Position numbers and translations under genes: made by a program
The notes under the pieces: model-generated
What the model was told of the DNA's origin: nothing
Databases searched by the model: none
What the model saw: the letters and a program-made list of their open reading frames with translations, nothing else
In this document: one piece after another, positions 35,146-44,649 of the stretch
Position numbering within the stretch: the first letter of the stretch is position 1
Layout: the number at the start of each line of letters is the position of its first letter
NCBI GenBank assembly: GCA_947581635.1
Contig: CANPVE010000009.1
Location: forward strand, 15,158 to 79,157
Direction: 5' to 3'
DNA: 64,000 nt
Source of the DNA: an uncultured Clostridia bacterium
GTDB taxonomy: Bacteria > Bacillota > Clostridia > Oscillospirales > Acutalibacteraceae

Positions 35146-35283
35146 GATATACAGACACCTGCTTTCAATTTTTTTCTTATTTTTCATATTATAAATGTAA
35201 GGGCGCTTTTATGTCACATGGCAAATCTGTCATATGACAAACCCACGGCGCATACTTTAATACCAGAGGAACGGTGATATTTT

Positions 35284-35526
35284 ATGAACAGCAGTGATGA
35301 GAAGATAAACGAACTTATGAGTAAAATCGGCGCGGAGACAGGCACCGGCGATAAATTAAAAAAGGCGGCCCAGCTCAATCCGAAGGTGGCGGCTGCGCTG
35401 AATAGCCTGAGCGAGAACGATATGGCCAAGATAAATGAAATACTCAGCGACAAGGACGCCACAAAGAAGATTCTGGCTACGGTGCAGGCGCAGGCCATTC
35501 TAAAGAAGTTGAAGGGACAGGAGTGA
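35284..35526 (+). CDS. small helical protein, unknown function (1 of 3)
   Basis: 80 aa, Lys/Ala-rich and predicted helical. An SD GAGGAACGGTGA lies upstream. The antisense ORF is low-complexity. Confidence 0.6.
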   Translation: MNSSDEKINELMSKIGAETGTGDKLKKAAQLNPKVAAALNSLSENDMAKINEILSDKDATKKILATVQAQAILKKLKGQE

Positions 35527-35538
35527 TACAAAGGGAAA

Positions 35539-35907
35539 ATGGATAATATAAGCGATATACTCAGTTCCGTGCTGAGCGACCCCGAGGCTATGTCCAAGCT
35601 GAAGGAAACCGCAAAGCAGCTCGGGCTTGACACGGATACGGATTCGGCAAGCGAGCCTGAACCGCCTCCCCCAAAAAAAAGCGAAAGTACAAACAAGTCC
35701 CCCGACCTTCTGTCAGCAATAAACCAACTGGTGCCAATGCTCGGAAAATTGCAGCAGGAGGACGACATGACGAGGCTGATACACGCGCTTAAGCCCTATC
35801 TCAGCGGCAACAGGCTGAAAAAAGCGGAGGAGGCCGACAAGATAATGACAATAATGCGGGTAATCCCGCTGCTGAAAGATATGCAGGATCAGCAACAGGA
35901 GCAATAA
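35539..35907 (+). CDS. small protein, unknown function (2 of 3)
   Basis: 122 aa. It has a helical N-terminus, an acidic/Pro linker, and a C-terminal LIHALKPYLSGNRLKKAEEADKIMTIMRVIPLLKDM block. Confidence 0.6.
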   Translation: MDNISDILSSVLSDPEAMSKLKETAKQLGLDTDTDSASEPEPPPPKKSESTNKSPDLLSAINQLVPMLGKLQQEDDMTRLIHALKPYLSGNRLKKAEEADKIMTIMRVIPLLKDMQDQQQEQ

Positions 35908-35931
35908 TTATTACTTCGGCAATGAGGTGAC

Positions 35932-36336
35932 ATGATGCAGCACTTTGACAGTTTTGCACAAATGCAGCTTGACGCGGAACGCCGCGTTATGGAAATGCAA
36001 AAACGCGCAATGGCGGCGGTGGAAGGCTCCGACCCACCGTCAGCAATAATTCCCGAGCCTCCGCGCGAGGGACGCGGATCAGACGTCTTTGAACAGCATG
36101 ACGCGAATCAGGGCCATAATGATCGTGAGACAAATCAAAAAAACACAGTTTCCGATCACACTGAGGGAATATCCAACGAATCGCAAAAAAGTGAGACGCC
36201 GCTCGGCGGACTGCTTTCGGGTCTGAATTTGTCAGAAGACGACTCTGAACGCGCGCTTATAATTGCCATACTGCTGCTGATAAGGGAGAAGGCAGATCGC
36301 AACCTGATTTTCCTTCTCCTCTACCTGATGCTTTGA
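35932..36336 (+). CDS. small protein with a hydrophobic C-terminal tail, unknown function (3 of 3)
   Basis: 134 aa. An SD GAGGTGA lies upstream. The C-terminus is ALIIAILLLIREKADRNLIFLLLYLML. Confidence 0.6.
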   Translation: MMQHFDSFAQMQLDAERRVMEMQKRAMAAVEGSDPPSAIIPEPPREGRGSDVFEQHDANQGHNDRETNQKNTVSDHTEGISNESQKSETPLGGLLSGLNLSEDDSERALIIAILLLIREKADRNLIFLLLYLML

Positions 36337-36354
36337 TTCAATTGCAAATTATAT

Positions 36355-38343
36355 TTAATATTTCCATATTCTTTTTCTGAGCCTGAGAATTTTGACGGTG
36401 GAGCATATGAGAGTCAGCGCAAGCCCTGCCAGCAGAGAGATTACCACGGCAGTGATGCCTGTAAGGCAGCTTATATAGTCGGTGACTGTGAAAAATCTGT
36501 CGCACACAACATATATTCCCATCAGCAGAATCGAAATATAGATTCCAAATGGCAAATATTTCATTACCATGCCGTTAAACGTCGTTTCGGGGGTGAATTT
36601 CACCGCCGATTTGCGGCGTTTTTTCTTATACCAGCGCGGCATACTACCGCCATTCATGCTTTTAAGGGCCACATCGGCAAATTTCTGGAGAATCTGCGCC
36701 GTATCCACACTATCCGATGTGTTATCGAACACATCTACGTTTATCGAAGCTCTTTCGTCATCGTAAATTCCGCCAAGTTCGGCGTATTTCGTGTCCTTGC
36801 GCGATACTGAGAAGCAATCGTTCGCGGTGGTTCGATCAAAGAGAATCCCGCCCGCAAAATACTCGGTCTGCCCGCGCCTGCCGCGCCTCTCAAGCTTCTT
36901 GACAGCAGAGGACAACGAGAAAAAATACGTCATCACGCCGTTCACAGTGCGGCTGTTCATGTCGTAGGTATTGACGCTGATGTACTCTCCCTTTTTGCCT
37001 CTGCGGCGGCGATAATGGGGATATTGTCCCGTAAAGCCTTCGGAAAGCAGCTTTGGTTCAATAATCTCGCGCATTTTTTCCTCGGCCTGGTTATACGTGC
37101 CGTAAATCCTGCTGACTCCGCTGAATTCGGACGTGCAGCCGCACATCATCTCCACCAAATTCATATACAGCAGTCGAACTCCGTCATCGCGCTCCTTTTC
37201 TCTGAGCAGACGCGCAAAGCTCCAAATCTGTTTGTTGGTGTTGCCGAAGTCATCGGATTCGCTCCACGCCTCGATCGCCTTTTCCAGCATACCGCACAAC
37301 TCGTCCTGACCCGAATCCCTGAAGAGTGTCTTTATTTTCTCAAAGCCGTATCGGTTGTCCAGGGTTTCCAGCACCCTTTGTGAAAGATTGCCCTCCACCT
37401 GATGTTCAATTTCTTTGCCGCTCTCAATATCTGCAAGCTGATAGGCTATAAGCATTATCTTTGCGGCGGGCAGCAGTTCAAGTTCTTTCTGTGACATGGA
37501 CTTTTCGCCCAGCATTGCCTCTTTGTTGAGCACCTCGCCGCACCACGCGTCGATGAAACGATGACCGCAATATCCGAAATCCGACAGATATTTCCCATAG
37601 TCAAAACCCTCGAACGTCATGTACGGGCAGTCACATTCAAACGAAAGCCTAACCCAATTTCTGTCCTGCATGGCGCGACGATCAAGATCCTCGTCACCGA
37701 ATTCAACATCTATCAGAAAGGCGAAAGAATACCTTCCGTCGGAATACGCCGCGTCCATCCAGAAAAAAATCCCCACTATCGGAAACGTGCCCGCAAACTT
37801 GGTTCGGACATTTGGGAACACTATGCTCGCCTTGCCCCACAATTGCTCGCGCAGACTGAGAATGACGGCGTCGCCATCCCGAAGAAGGGAAATTCCGTGC
37901 CACATCAGGTTTGAAGAACACGACCTGACAAAATCGCAGGTGGCGCGGTCCATGTGCGCCGCCGCATCGTTTATGGAATACTTGCTCCGCTCTATGGCAA
38001 ACGAGTTTTCGCGGTGCAGTGTCTGCACCCATTCAAAAACGGGGGTGAGACGAGAAATTGTGTAAGCTCCTATGGGATACTTCACAAGCTCTCGTATATC
38101 GTCGTTTATATAATCATCAACATCTATGGTGCGGTCTTTGAGAATACTGCTAACACTCTCGTTTACCTTGTCGGCAAATTTCTTCCTTATGCGTCGGGAC
38201 TGCATACACAGCAATTCCACCGTTTCCTCCGCGTTCATGTCGTTCATGGGCGAGAGCAGCGGATGAATCTCGGAAAAAAATTGGGCAAGACCCAATTTCT
38301 TTCTGTCTACGTTTGCCGCTTCATTTGTATTACCCATAAGCAC
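36355..38343 (-). CDS. 662-aa orphan protein with a C-terminal double-TM anchor
   Basis: Long ORF with ordinary amino-acid composition. I recognise no catalytic or nucleotide-binding motif. A basic stretch (WYKKKRRKS) precedes two C-terminal TM helices. Confidence 0.6.
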   Translation of the reverse strand: MLMGNTNEAANVDRKKLGLAQFFSEIHPLLSPMNDMNAEETVELLCMQSRRIRKKFADKVNESVSSILKDRTIDVDDYINDDIRELVKYPIGAYTISRLTPVFEWVQTLHRENSFAIERSKYSINDAAAHMDRATCDFVRSCSSNLMWHGISLLRDGDAVILSLREQLWGKASIVFPNVRTKFAGTFPIVGIFFWMDAAYSDGRYSFAFLIDVEFGDEDLDRRAMQDRNWVRLSFECDCPYMTFEGFDYGKYLSDFGYCGHRFIDAWCGEVLNKEAMLGEKSMSQKELELLPAAKIMLIAYQLADIESGKEIEHQVEGNLSQRVLETLDNRYGFEKIKTLFRDSGQDELCGMLEKAIEAWSESDDFGNTNKQIWSFARLLREKERDDGVRLLYMNLVEMMCGCTSEFSGVSRIYGTYNQAEEKMREIIEPKLLSEGFTGQYPHYRRRRGKKGEYISVNTYDMNSRTVNGVMTYFFSLSSAVKKLERRGRRGQTEYFAGGILFDRTTANDCFSVSRKDTKYAELGGIYDDERASINVDVFDNTSDSVDTAQILQKFADVALKSMNGGSMPRWYKKKRRKSAVKFTPETTFNGMVMKYLPFGIYISILLMGIYVVCDRFFTVTDYISCLTGITAVVISLLAGLALTLICSTVKILRLRKRIWKY

Positions 38344-38420
38344 TCCACCCTTCTTCTTAATTCAGCATAATGACAAACAGAATATTTTATCGTCAATTAT
38401 ATCACAACAAATAAAGCAAA

Positions 38421-39104
38421 TCAAATCAATTTATCTACAATTAATCTGATTTCTGATTTTTTCAGCCCTATAGCATACATATATTTTTCGGCGCTTGTGT
38501 ATTTCTTTCTGAAAAGCGTCAGAAAATCCTCAATGTAGCGCGGCTTTGGAGTGATTACTTCCCTGTTCAAATCGCTGTAGTTGCAACACAGTGTGTCCAC
38601 CAGTCCCCGCAGATTCTGCTCGGACTGCATATAATTCTCAGATATATCCTCGTCGCTTACCCCTACCAGCATCATCAATATCGCAGTGACAACACCGGTT
38701 CTGTCCTTTCCGGCCGTGCAGTGACACACTACGCCGCCCTTAGAAAAGGCTATCCGTCGCATTACCTCGCACATTACGGAATGCCCGCCGGCTATCTCCA
38801 TGTAGGAAACGGCAACTCCATCGGGCGAATCCGGCACTCTGCCGTCCCCCGCGAGGGCGCAGTGCGTGTAGTTGAAGCCTTTAACCGCCGCGAGCGCACA
38901 AGGCTGGCGCCTCACCTCGTCATAACTGCGCAGGTCGATGATGTCGGTCATACCCATTGAAATCATCGCGGCAACATCGCAGTCTGTAATTTCATTTGGC
39001 AAATCGCTCCGCCAAAAAGCGCTATATTTTGTGACCTTGCCTTCGGCGGCGCCGTATCCCCCTATATCGCGGGTATTGTATGTAAAATCGAGCAGACTGG
39101 GCAT
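38421..39104 (-). CDS. protein-tyrosine/serine phosphatase (Y_phosphatase3-like)
   Basis: The CX5R active site is HCTAGKDRTG. Confidence 0.85.
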   Translation of the reverse strand: MPSLLDFTYNTRDIGGYGAAEGKVTKYSAFWRSDLPNEITDCDVAAMISMGMTDIIDLRSYDEVRRQPCALAAVKGFNYTHCALAGDGRVPDSPDGVAVSYMEIAGGHSVMCEVMRRIAFSKGGVVCHCTAGKDRTGVVTAILMMLVGVSDEDISENYMQSEQNLRGLVDTLCCNYSDLNREVITPKPRYIEDFLTLFRKKYTSAEKYMYAIGLKKSEIRLIVDKLI

Positions 39105-39161
39105 ATTTTTTCATTCCTTATTCTCATTAATAAACCGGGTTGATATTACGGTTTGTAATAT

Positions 39162-39761
39162 TTAATTCTTTATATCGTCAATAATATTACCGTTTTTCAC
39201 ATTAGGCTCGATAAAATTAGCCTTGGCGTAATCCCATAATTCTTCTGAAACCTCACCCGTGTCGGTATTTCGTTTCAATACACTGCTAAGTCTGACGCCG
39301 TGTTCGCGCCACGCCCTGCCATCGGTAGCATCGTTTAGCATCAGCGGCTGGATATGATCCATCGTGCGCGCGAATTTGGCCTCGGGCGTCTCACGCGCCT
39401 CGAACTCCTCCCACAGTGCACGGAATTTGGCGCACTGATCGCCGGGCAGAAGGCCGAATATTCTCTCCGCCGCCAACCTCTCACGCTCGTGTTGGTCAAC
39501 CGCAGCCTTTTCGTCATAGGCATAGGTGTCTCCCGCGTCAATCTCCACTATATCATGAATCAGAACCATTGTAACTGTCTTCAATACATCAATCGGCTCG
39601 GCGGAATATTCGCTTAGCAAAATCGTCATCATTGCCAGATGCCAGGCGTGATCGCTGTCGGTCTCCCTGCGGTCCGCTGCGGTTATATAATTCTGACGGA
39701 TTATTGCCTTTTCCTTGTCTATTTCTTTGATAAATTCAAACTGCTCTTCCAGCCTGGACAC
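39162..39761 (-). CDS. HD-domain phosphohydrolase (YfbR/5'-deoxynucleotidase-like)
   Basis: Contains SDHAWHLAMM and LIHDIVEIDAGD, the H...HD...D metal ligands. Confidence 0.8.
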   Translation of the reverse strand: MSRLEEQFEFIKEIDKEKAIIRQNYITAADRRETDSDHAWHLAMMTILLSEYSAEPIDVLKTVTMVLIHDIVEIDAGDTYAYDEKAAVDQHERERLAAERIFGLLPGDQCAKFRALWEEFEARETPEAKFARTMDHIQPLMLNDATDGRAWREHGVRLSSVLKRNTDTGEVSEELWDYAKANFIEPNVKNGNIIDDIKN

Positions 39762-39873
39762 AATTAAGTCAACTCCCTTTATTGATTTTCTGAAGTCGTC
39801 GATATTACGAATTGTATTCTAATTACCAATTGTAATACTGATTGCAAAAATTCCGCATATTTTGTGTTTAAAA

Positions 39874-40602
39874 TCAATACACGAAACCACCCACTGTGAC
39901 AAATCCGAATCTCGTGTAGAAATCATGCAGCGACGGCATACACATCAGATATATATCGCGTCCCTCTGCCCTGTCAAGAAGCGCATTAACCACATTGCTT
40001 GCGTAACCCTTGCGGCGGTGCTCTGGAACAGAGGCGCACATTATCAACACCGCTGTGTTTCCGGCGAGGTGTAACGCTCCGCAGGCCGCGGGCATTGCAT
40101 TGTCGCGGACTATGGCGGAGACAACCGCCTTTGCCTTAGTGCGATAGATCATGTCGCTGTAGAAATCGTCAAAATTTGGCACCTCAAAGCCCGTTCCGGC
40201 ACATTCCTCCATCACCGCATACACGTCCGATATCTCCGGATTTAACTCCACATCGACCGAGGACGGCACACTCCTGCGCCTGGCGAGCCGCATAACCAGA
40301 CCGTTGGCGCTTTCCCCCTCGCGCGCGGGCCTGAGTGCGCCCATATAACCCATATTTGCCCGGATAAAGCAGTCCATTTCATCGGTGTCGTATTCACCTT
40401 TGGCGCAGACTGTCATTGAATTGTCAAGCTTATATATAACAGCGGTAATTTCCGCATTGTCATCATACTGTGCCCAGAAACGCGCGAATGGCTTGTCAGT
40501 TCCGTATGTGAGCAAAGCCGCGAGAATACGGCAGCCGAACGGATCGCCGTCACAATAGCCCTTTGCCGCCTCAATTTTTTCATTGTCAAGAATTTTAATC
40601 AC
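39874..40602 (-). CDS. GNAT-family N-acetyltransferase
   Basis: The C-terminal acetyl-CoA motif is VPEHRRKGYASNVVNALL...FYTRFGF. Confidence 0.75.
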   Translation of the reverse strand: MIKILDNEKIEAAKGYCDGDPFGCRILAALLTYGTDKPFARFWAQYDDNAEITAVIYKLDNSMTVCAKGEYDTDEMDCFIRANMGYMGALRPAREGESANGLVMRLARRRSVPSSVDVELNPEISDVYAVMEECAGTGFEVPNFDDFYSDMIYRTKAKAVVSAIVRDNAMPAACGALHLAGNTAVLIMCASVPEHRRKGYASNVVNALLDRAEGRDIYLMCMPSLHDFYTRFGFVTVGGFVY

Positions 40603-40669
40603 AGCAGATTCACTTCCTATTGATTATTTTTCGCATCGCGTATTCCGATTTGTATAATACACAATTATA

Positions 40670-41512
40670 TTACAATATGTTTTGCTCTATAAACTGAGCA
40701 ATCGCGTCGCTGTCATTGTCACCTATCGTCACGTCGGCGGACTTACTAACCAAGTCTATTGAGTTTCCCATCGCCACGCCGACGCCGCAGCAGCGCAGCA
40801 TTTCCGCATCAACGTAATCGTCACCGAACGCAATTATATTTTCCCTCCAAATTCCAAGCGCCCGCTCTACTGGCGGGATCGCACTTTCCTTTGAAGCGCC
40901 GCGACGGGAAAATTTGAACCAATCGCAGTCCGAAAAAGGCATAAACACGCAGTCATCTACCAATGCGGCGGTTCGCTCGGCAAAGTCGGTGTCGGTTCCC
41001 TCTATGCACACTTTGAACGCGGTATCGTGGAAGTCCGAAAAATCCGTGATTGTAACATTCGACCAATCCACCGAATCTATAACGCAGTTACAGTATGTAC
41101 CGTGCGGTGAATCCACCGTAACCCCGCGATTTTCGGCGACTGCGGCACTCACCAGCAATGCTGTTTCTTCCTCGGTAAACACACTGTTGTAGACAATCTC
41201 TCCGCCAACTCTCACCAACCCACCGCCATTGGATATCACCACGTCAGGATTTACCTCGGCTATGATTCTGGAGCAGGTCTGTTCGCTTCGCGCGGTGGCA
41301 ATGCCCACCAATATTCCCTTGATACGGCATTTTTCCAGCGCCTCGATGCTTTCAGGGCGAATGTTCTTTTGACTGTCCAGCAAAGTGCCATCCAGATCAA
41401 ACAGAATTAATTTGCACTCGCGAGTCCTCTTTGAAAGCGGAAAGGGCAGGCGCACATCTGCGACATTTGATATCAAATCGGCACTTTTCTTTGATTCTTC
41501 CATAATGTGCAT
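40670..41512 (-). CDS. Cof-type HAD-IIB phosphatase
   Basis: Contains LILFDLDGTLLDS, GIATARS and FGDDYVDAEMLRCCGVGVAMGNS. Confidence 0.85.
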   Translation of the reverse strand: MHIMEESKKSADLISNVADVRLPFPLSKRTRECKLILFDLDGTLLDSQKNIRPESIEALEKCRIKGILVGIATARSEQTCSRIIAEVNPDVVISNGGGLVRVGGEIVYNSVFTEEETALLVSAAVAENRGVTVDSPHGTYCNCVIDSVDWSNVTITDFSDFHDTAFKVCIEGTDTDFAERTAALVDDCVFMPFSDCDWFKFSRRGASKESAIPPVERALGIWRENIIAFGDDYVDAEMLRCCGVGVAMGNSIDLVSKSADVTIGDNDSDAIAQFIEQNIL

Positions 41513-41607
41513 CCTCCCCCTTCCTCTTTCTGCCTTAGGATTGCTTTTTTACTTTGGCGCATTAAAAAATATGAAAAAGAGCTGCTTATTTTTTGTGTGC
41601 CTACAGT

Positions 41608-41712
41608 TGTTCTTTAATCTTGCTGGCTTCGCTCGTGAGGCTCTGCCTCACTCTCTGCAAGGATGAATTTATCCTCCTTAACTCTTATGCAGCTCCGCCC
41701 GTTCGACTTCGA
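41608..41712 (-). repeat. intergenic repeat family, truncated unit plus diverged head (reverse orientation)
   Basis: GGCTTCGCTCGTGAGGCTCTGCCTCACTCTCTGC is the reverse complement of GCGGAGTGTGAGGCAGAGCCTCACAAGCGAAGCC with a few changes. The hairpin GTGAGGC-TCT-GCCTCAC is at 41636-41652. Confidence 0.75.
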
Positions 41713-41716
41713 TCTT

Positions 41717-42745
41717 TTATTTTGACATAGCCGCCTTTTCGGCAAGCGCATACACCAGCTCGCACACAGCGTTCAAATCGCTCTCGGATATCACACTGCA
41801 CGGCGAGTGCAGATATCTGCACGGCAGTGAGACGGCCGCCGTTCTCACCCCGCCGCGGCTGTTGTGTATCGAACCCGAGTCATTGCCTCCCGAAATTCCC
41901 TTCTTATACTGCCATTTAATTCCGCGCTCATTGGCCACCCGCTGAACCATCTTGTACAATCCTCTGTCGTAAATGGTAGCTCTGTCCATGAATGAAATCA
42001 CGGCCCCGCCGCCAACCCTGCACACCTTACTGCATTCGTCAACATTGGGAATGTCGGCGGCAGTAGTGGATTCCACAACTATCGCCACATCAGGCGCTAC
42101 GGTATAGGCGGCGCATTTTGCGCCGCGCAGCCCTACTTCTTCCATCGTGGAAAAGACAAAATACATATCGCATTCCAAATCGCGCTTGATTATGTCAATG
42201 AGCACGGCGCAGCCCGCCCTGTCGTCGAGAGCCTTGCCCTTAAGCAGTCCGTCGCCGAACTCTCCGAAGTTGGTGTCAAACACCACATCGTCGCCCGGGC
42301 AGACATTCTCAAGTGCCTCTTCCCTTGTCAGTGCGCCGATATCAATATAAAGCCCGTCAACATCTGGCGCGGTGGAACGCTCGTCCCCCTTGAGCATATG
42401 GACAGGTTTTGCGCCGATAACCCCGGGGATCTTTTCATCGCCCACCAACACGGGCGTCCCGCAGAGCACACGCCTGTCTATGCCTCCTACGGCAGCGAAT
42501 TTCAACAAACCGCTGTCATTTATATCTGTAACTATCAAGCCCACCTCGTCCATATGGGCGCAGAGCATGAGCTTATTTTCAGGTGTATTTTTTCCCTTTT
42601 TGAAAGCAATTATCGAACCCGTACTGTTGACCTCCACGGAATCACAGTGCGGCTTTATTTCCTTTAATATATACTCTCTAACATTGTCCTCCACGCCGGA
42701 AATCCCGTGAAGCATCGACAGTTTGGCAAGTGTGTCACGCAGCAT
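41717..42745 (-). CDS. M42-family aminopeptidase (FrvX/YsdC/TET type)
   Basis: Contains LSMLHGISGVEDNVREYI, CAHMDEVG and KALDDRAGCAVL. Confidence 0.85.
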   Translation of the reverse strand: MLRDTLAKLSMLHGISGVEDNVREYILKEIKPHCDSVEVNSTGSIIAFKKGKNTPENKLMLCAHMDEVGLIVTDINDSGLLKFAAVGGIDRRVLCGTPVLVGDEKIPGVIGAKPVHMLKGDERSTAPDVDGLYIDIGALTREEALENVCPGDDVVFDTNFGEFGDGLLKGKALDDRAGCAVLIDIIKRDLECDMYFVFSTMEEVGLRGAKCAAYTVAPDVAIVVESTTAADIPNVDECSKVCRVGGGAVISFMDRATIYDRGLYKMVQRVANERGIKWQYKKGISGGNDSGSIHNSRGGVRTAAVSLPCRYLHSPCSVISESDLNAVCELVYALAEKAAMSK

Positions 42746-42769
42746 AATTATAATTCTCCCCTCCGCAGA

Positions 42770-43801
42770 TTATTGGCATATTCCGCCGCTCTTGATGTAG
42801 GCCGCAAGAAGCTGCGCGGTGCTTTCCACATCGTCGCAGTCCACAACCTCTACCGGCGTGTGCATATTTCTCTCGGGAATAGAGACCAGTCCGCACGGAA
42901 TACCGCCCGCAGTCACGGCAATATCGTCGGCATTTGTGCCTGTAGTGCCGCCCATCACGTCATACTGCCACTTGATGCCCTGCTCGTCAGCGGTAGCCGT
43001 CAGCTTTTTGGTAACAGCGCGGCTGAGCACCGAAGCAAAGCCTATCATGGGACCCGCGCCCAGCTTACCGCACTCCTCGTCCGCGCAATCGGGATAAGCG
43101 CCAAATCCCACGTCAACCGCGACAGCCTGAGTGGGAGCAACCGCGAAGGCAGCACAGCCCGCCGCCAGATGTCCAACCTCCTCGCGCGTGGAGAGAAGAG
43201 CCGTCACATGGCAATCTAATCGTGAACACTTCGGCTCGAGCAGTTCAACCATACGGATAACGGCCGCCGCTCCTGCGCGATTGTCGAGCGCCTTGCCGGT
43301 AACGCGGCTGCCGAGAAGCGAGGCGGGTCTGCCGCGCATGGCAATTCTCGTGCCTATCTGCACCAATTCCCGCGCCTTTTCGGAGGAATATCCGATATCC
43401 ACCGCCATATCTTTAAACTCAGGGACTTTCGACAAATCCTCGCCCGAGGTCAGATGAGGCGGGCGACAACAGACTATGCCGTTTATTTTGCTCTTGCTCA
43501 TCACGCACACCTCGCTGCCCATGAGCACACGGCGGTCGACGCCACCGCAGGGAGCGATGTGCAGGAAACCGTCGTCGTCAATATCAGTTACGACAAGACC
43601 TATCTCGTCAATGTGTGCGTCAATAAGTATGTGATTTGATGAATTCAGGTCGCCCAACTCGGCGATGACATTCCCCAACGAATCGCGCACAACGGGTGTA
43701 AAATCCGAGAGCAGCTCCATCGCAAGGCGCGCGGCGGAGCCTTCAGCGCCCGATGGACCGTTTGAGTTGGAAAGTCCCAGAATGATGTCTTTTACTGCCA
43801 T
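42770..43801 (-). CDS. M42-family aminopeptidase, second paralogue
   Basis: Contains GPSGAEGSAARLAMELL, DAHIDEIG and KALDNRAGAAAV. Confidence 0.85.
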   Translation of the reverse strand: MAVKDIILGLSNSNGPSGAEGSAARLAMELLSDFTPVVRDSLGNVIAELGDLNSSNHILIDAHIDEIGLVVTDIDDDGFLHIAPCGGVDRRVLMGSEVCVMSKSKINGIVCCRPPHLTSGEDLSKVPEFKDMAVDIGYSSEKARELVQIGTRIAMRGRPASLLGSRVTGKALDNRAGAAAVIRMVELLEPKCSRLDCHVTALLSTREEVGHLAAGCAAFAVAPTQAVAVDVGFGAYPDCADEECGKLGAGPMIGFASVLSRAVTKKLTATADEQGIKWQYDVMGGTTGTNADDIAVTAGGIPCGLVSIPERNMHTPVEVVDCDDVESTAQLLAAYIKSGGICQ

Positions 43802-43869
43802 ATACTATATATCTCCTCAATATCGCTTAATTTTTTCTCATCTTCAGCGGACAAAAGAACAACCGCCGA

Positions 43870-44487
43870 TTATCCGACAGCCTCCATCTTGGTGGCCGCA
43901 AATACAAAGTTACCCGTGCCGTAATAAATCAAGTACTGGTCGTTGATGATAAACACGGTATCATAAAGATTCTTGCCGCTCTGATCGTACACCTCGATTT
44001 GGGTTATAACAGCGTCTTTTTCAAACTCATCCATGATACCGTCGCTCTGCATACCAACCGCGTCCATCAGGTCGCGTGTGCAGTTGTTTTTCACCTTATA
44101 AAATGGAGAAAACACGCTGCCCGTGCGGCTGGTCTTGTAGCTGTCATATGCGAGCAGAACGCCGGAGTTATATTCTTCCTTTACTGCATCCTCCTCGGAT
44201 ATATCGGTGTTGCGGGGAGACTGGAGCACATGCGAATCCTTGGCGACCTCCCAACTTCCCACGCAGCTTTCAGGGAGGTAATCGCTGCCCTGAGCCACTA
44301 TAAGGTTGCCGTTTTCGTCCAACTGCATTCCGGTACTGCCGATATTGTCATTGTAGTCGGGCTGATTCGACTTACCGCGCGCTATCAGAATGGCTACCGC
44401 CGCAAAAATAGCCACACAGCATACGCACACCACCGCTATCGTTATAAAATTCTTATTGCTGATTATATTTTTCATTGTTAATTCCAT
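43870..44487 (-). CDS. membrane-anchored hypothetical protein
   Basis: N-terminal TM (FITIAVVCVCCVAIFAAVAILIA) followed by a ~160-aa soluble domain. It is co-directional with its neighbours. The overlapping + strand ORF lacks such features. Confidence 0.55.
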   Translation of the reverse strand: MELTMKNIISNKNFITIAVVCVCCVAIFAAVAILIARGKSNQPDYNDNIGSTGMQLDENGNLIVAQGSDYLPESCVGSWEVAKDSHVLQSPRNTDISEEDAVKEEYNSGVLLAYDSYKTSRTGSVFSPFYKVKNNCTRDLMDAVGMQSDGIMDEFEKDAVITQIEVYDQSGKNLYDTVFIINDQYLIYYGTGNFVFAATKMEAVG

Positions 44488-44649
44488 CCTTCAAAAAGTA
44501 TTTTTGTTTTTTATTTTTTGTCTTATTGAATTTCAATTAAAAATCGCTCACAAAATCACGCATATATGGCTCTTTAGCATTTTGGAAGAAGATCTTTTGC
44601 GATATTTTTAATGGAGTTCAGTATTGATACCCGATTGGCTGACCGTTCA

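Noticed and set aside
35214-35768. 184-aa minus-strand ORF opposite the small-protein operon
   Set aside because: It is Ser/Leu/Phe low-complexity, the mirror image of Lys/Glu/Ala-rich coding on the + strand, and it has no SD. I keep it as an open question only in the check listed for the small-protein finding.
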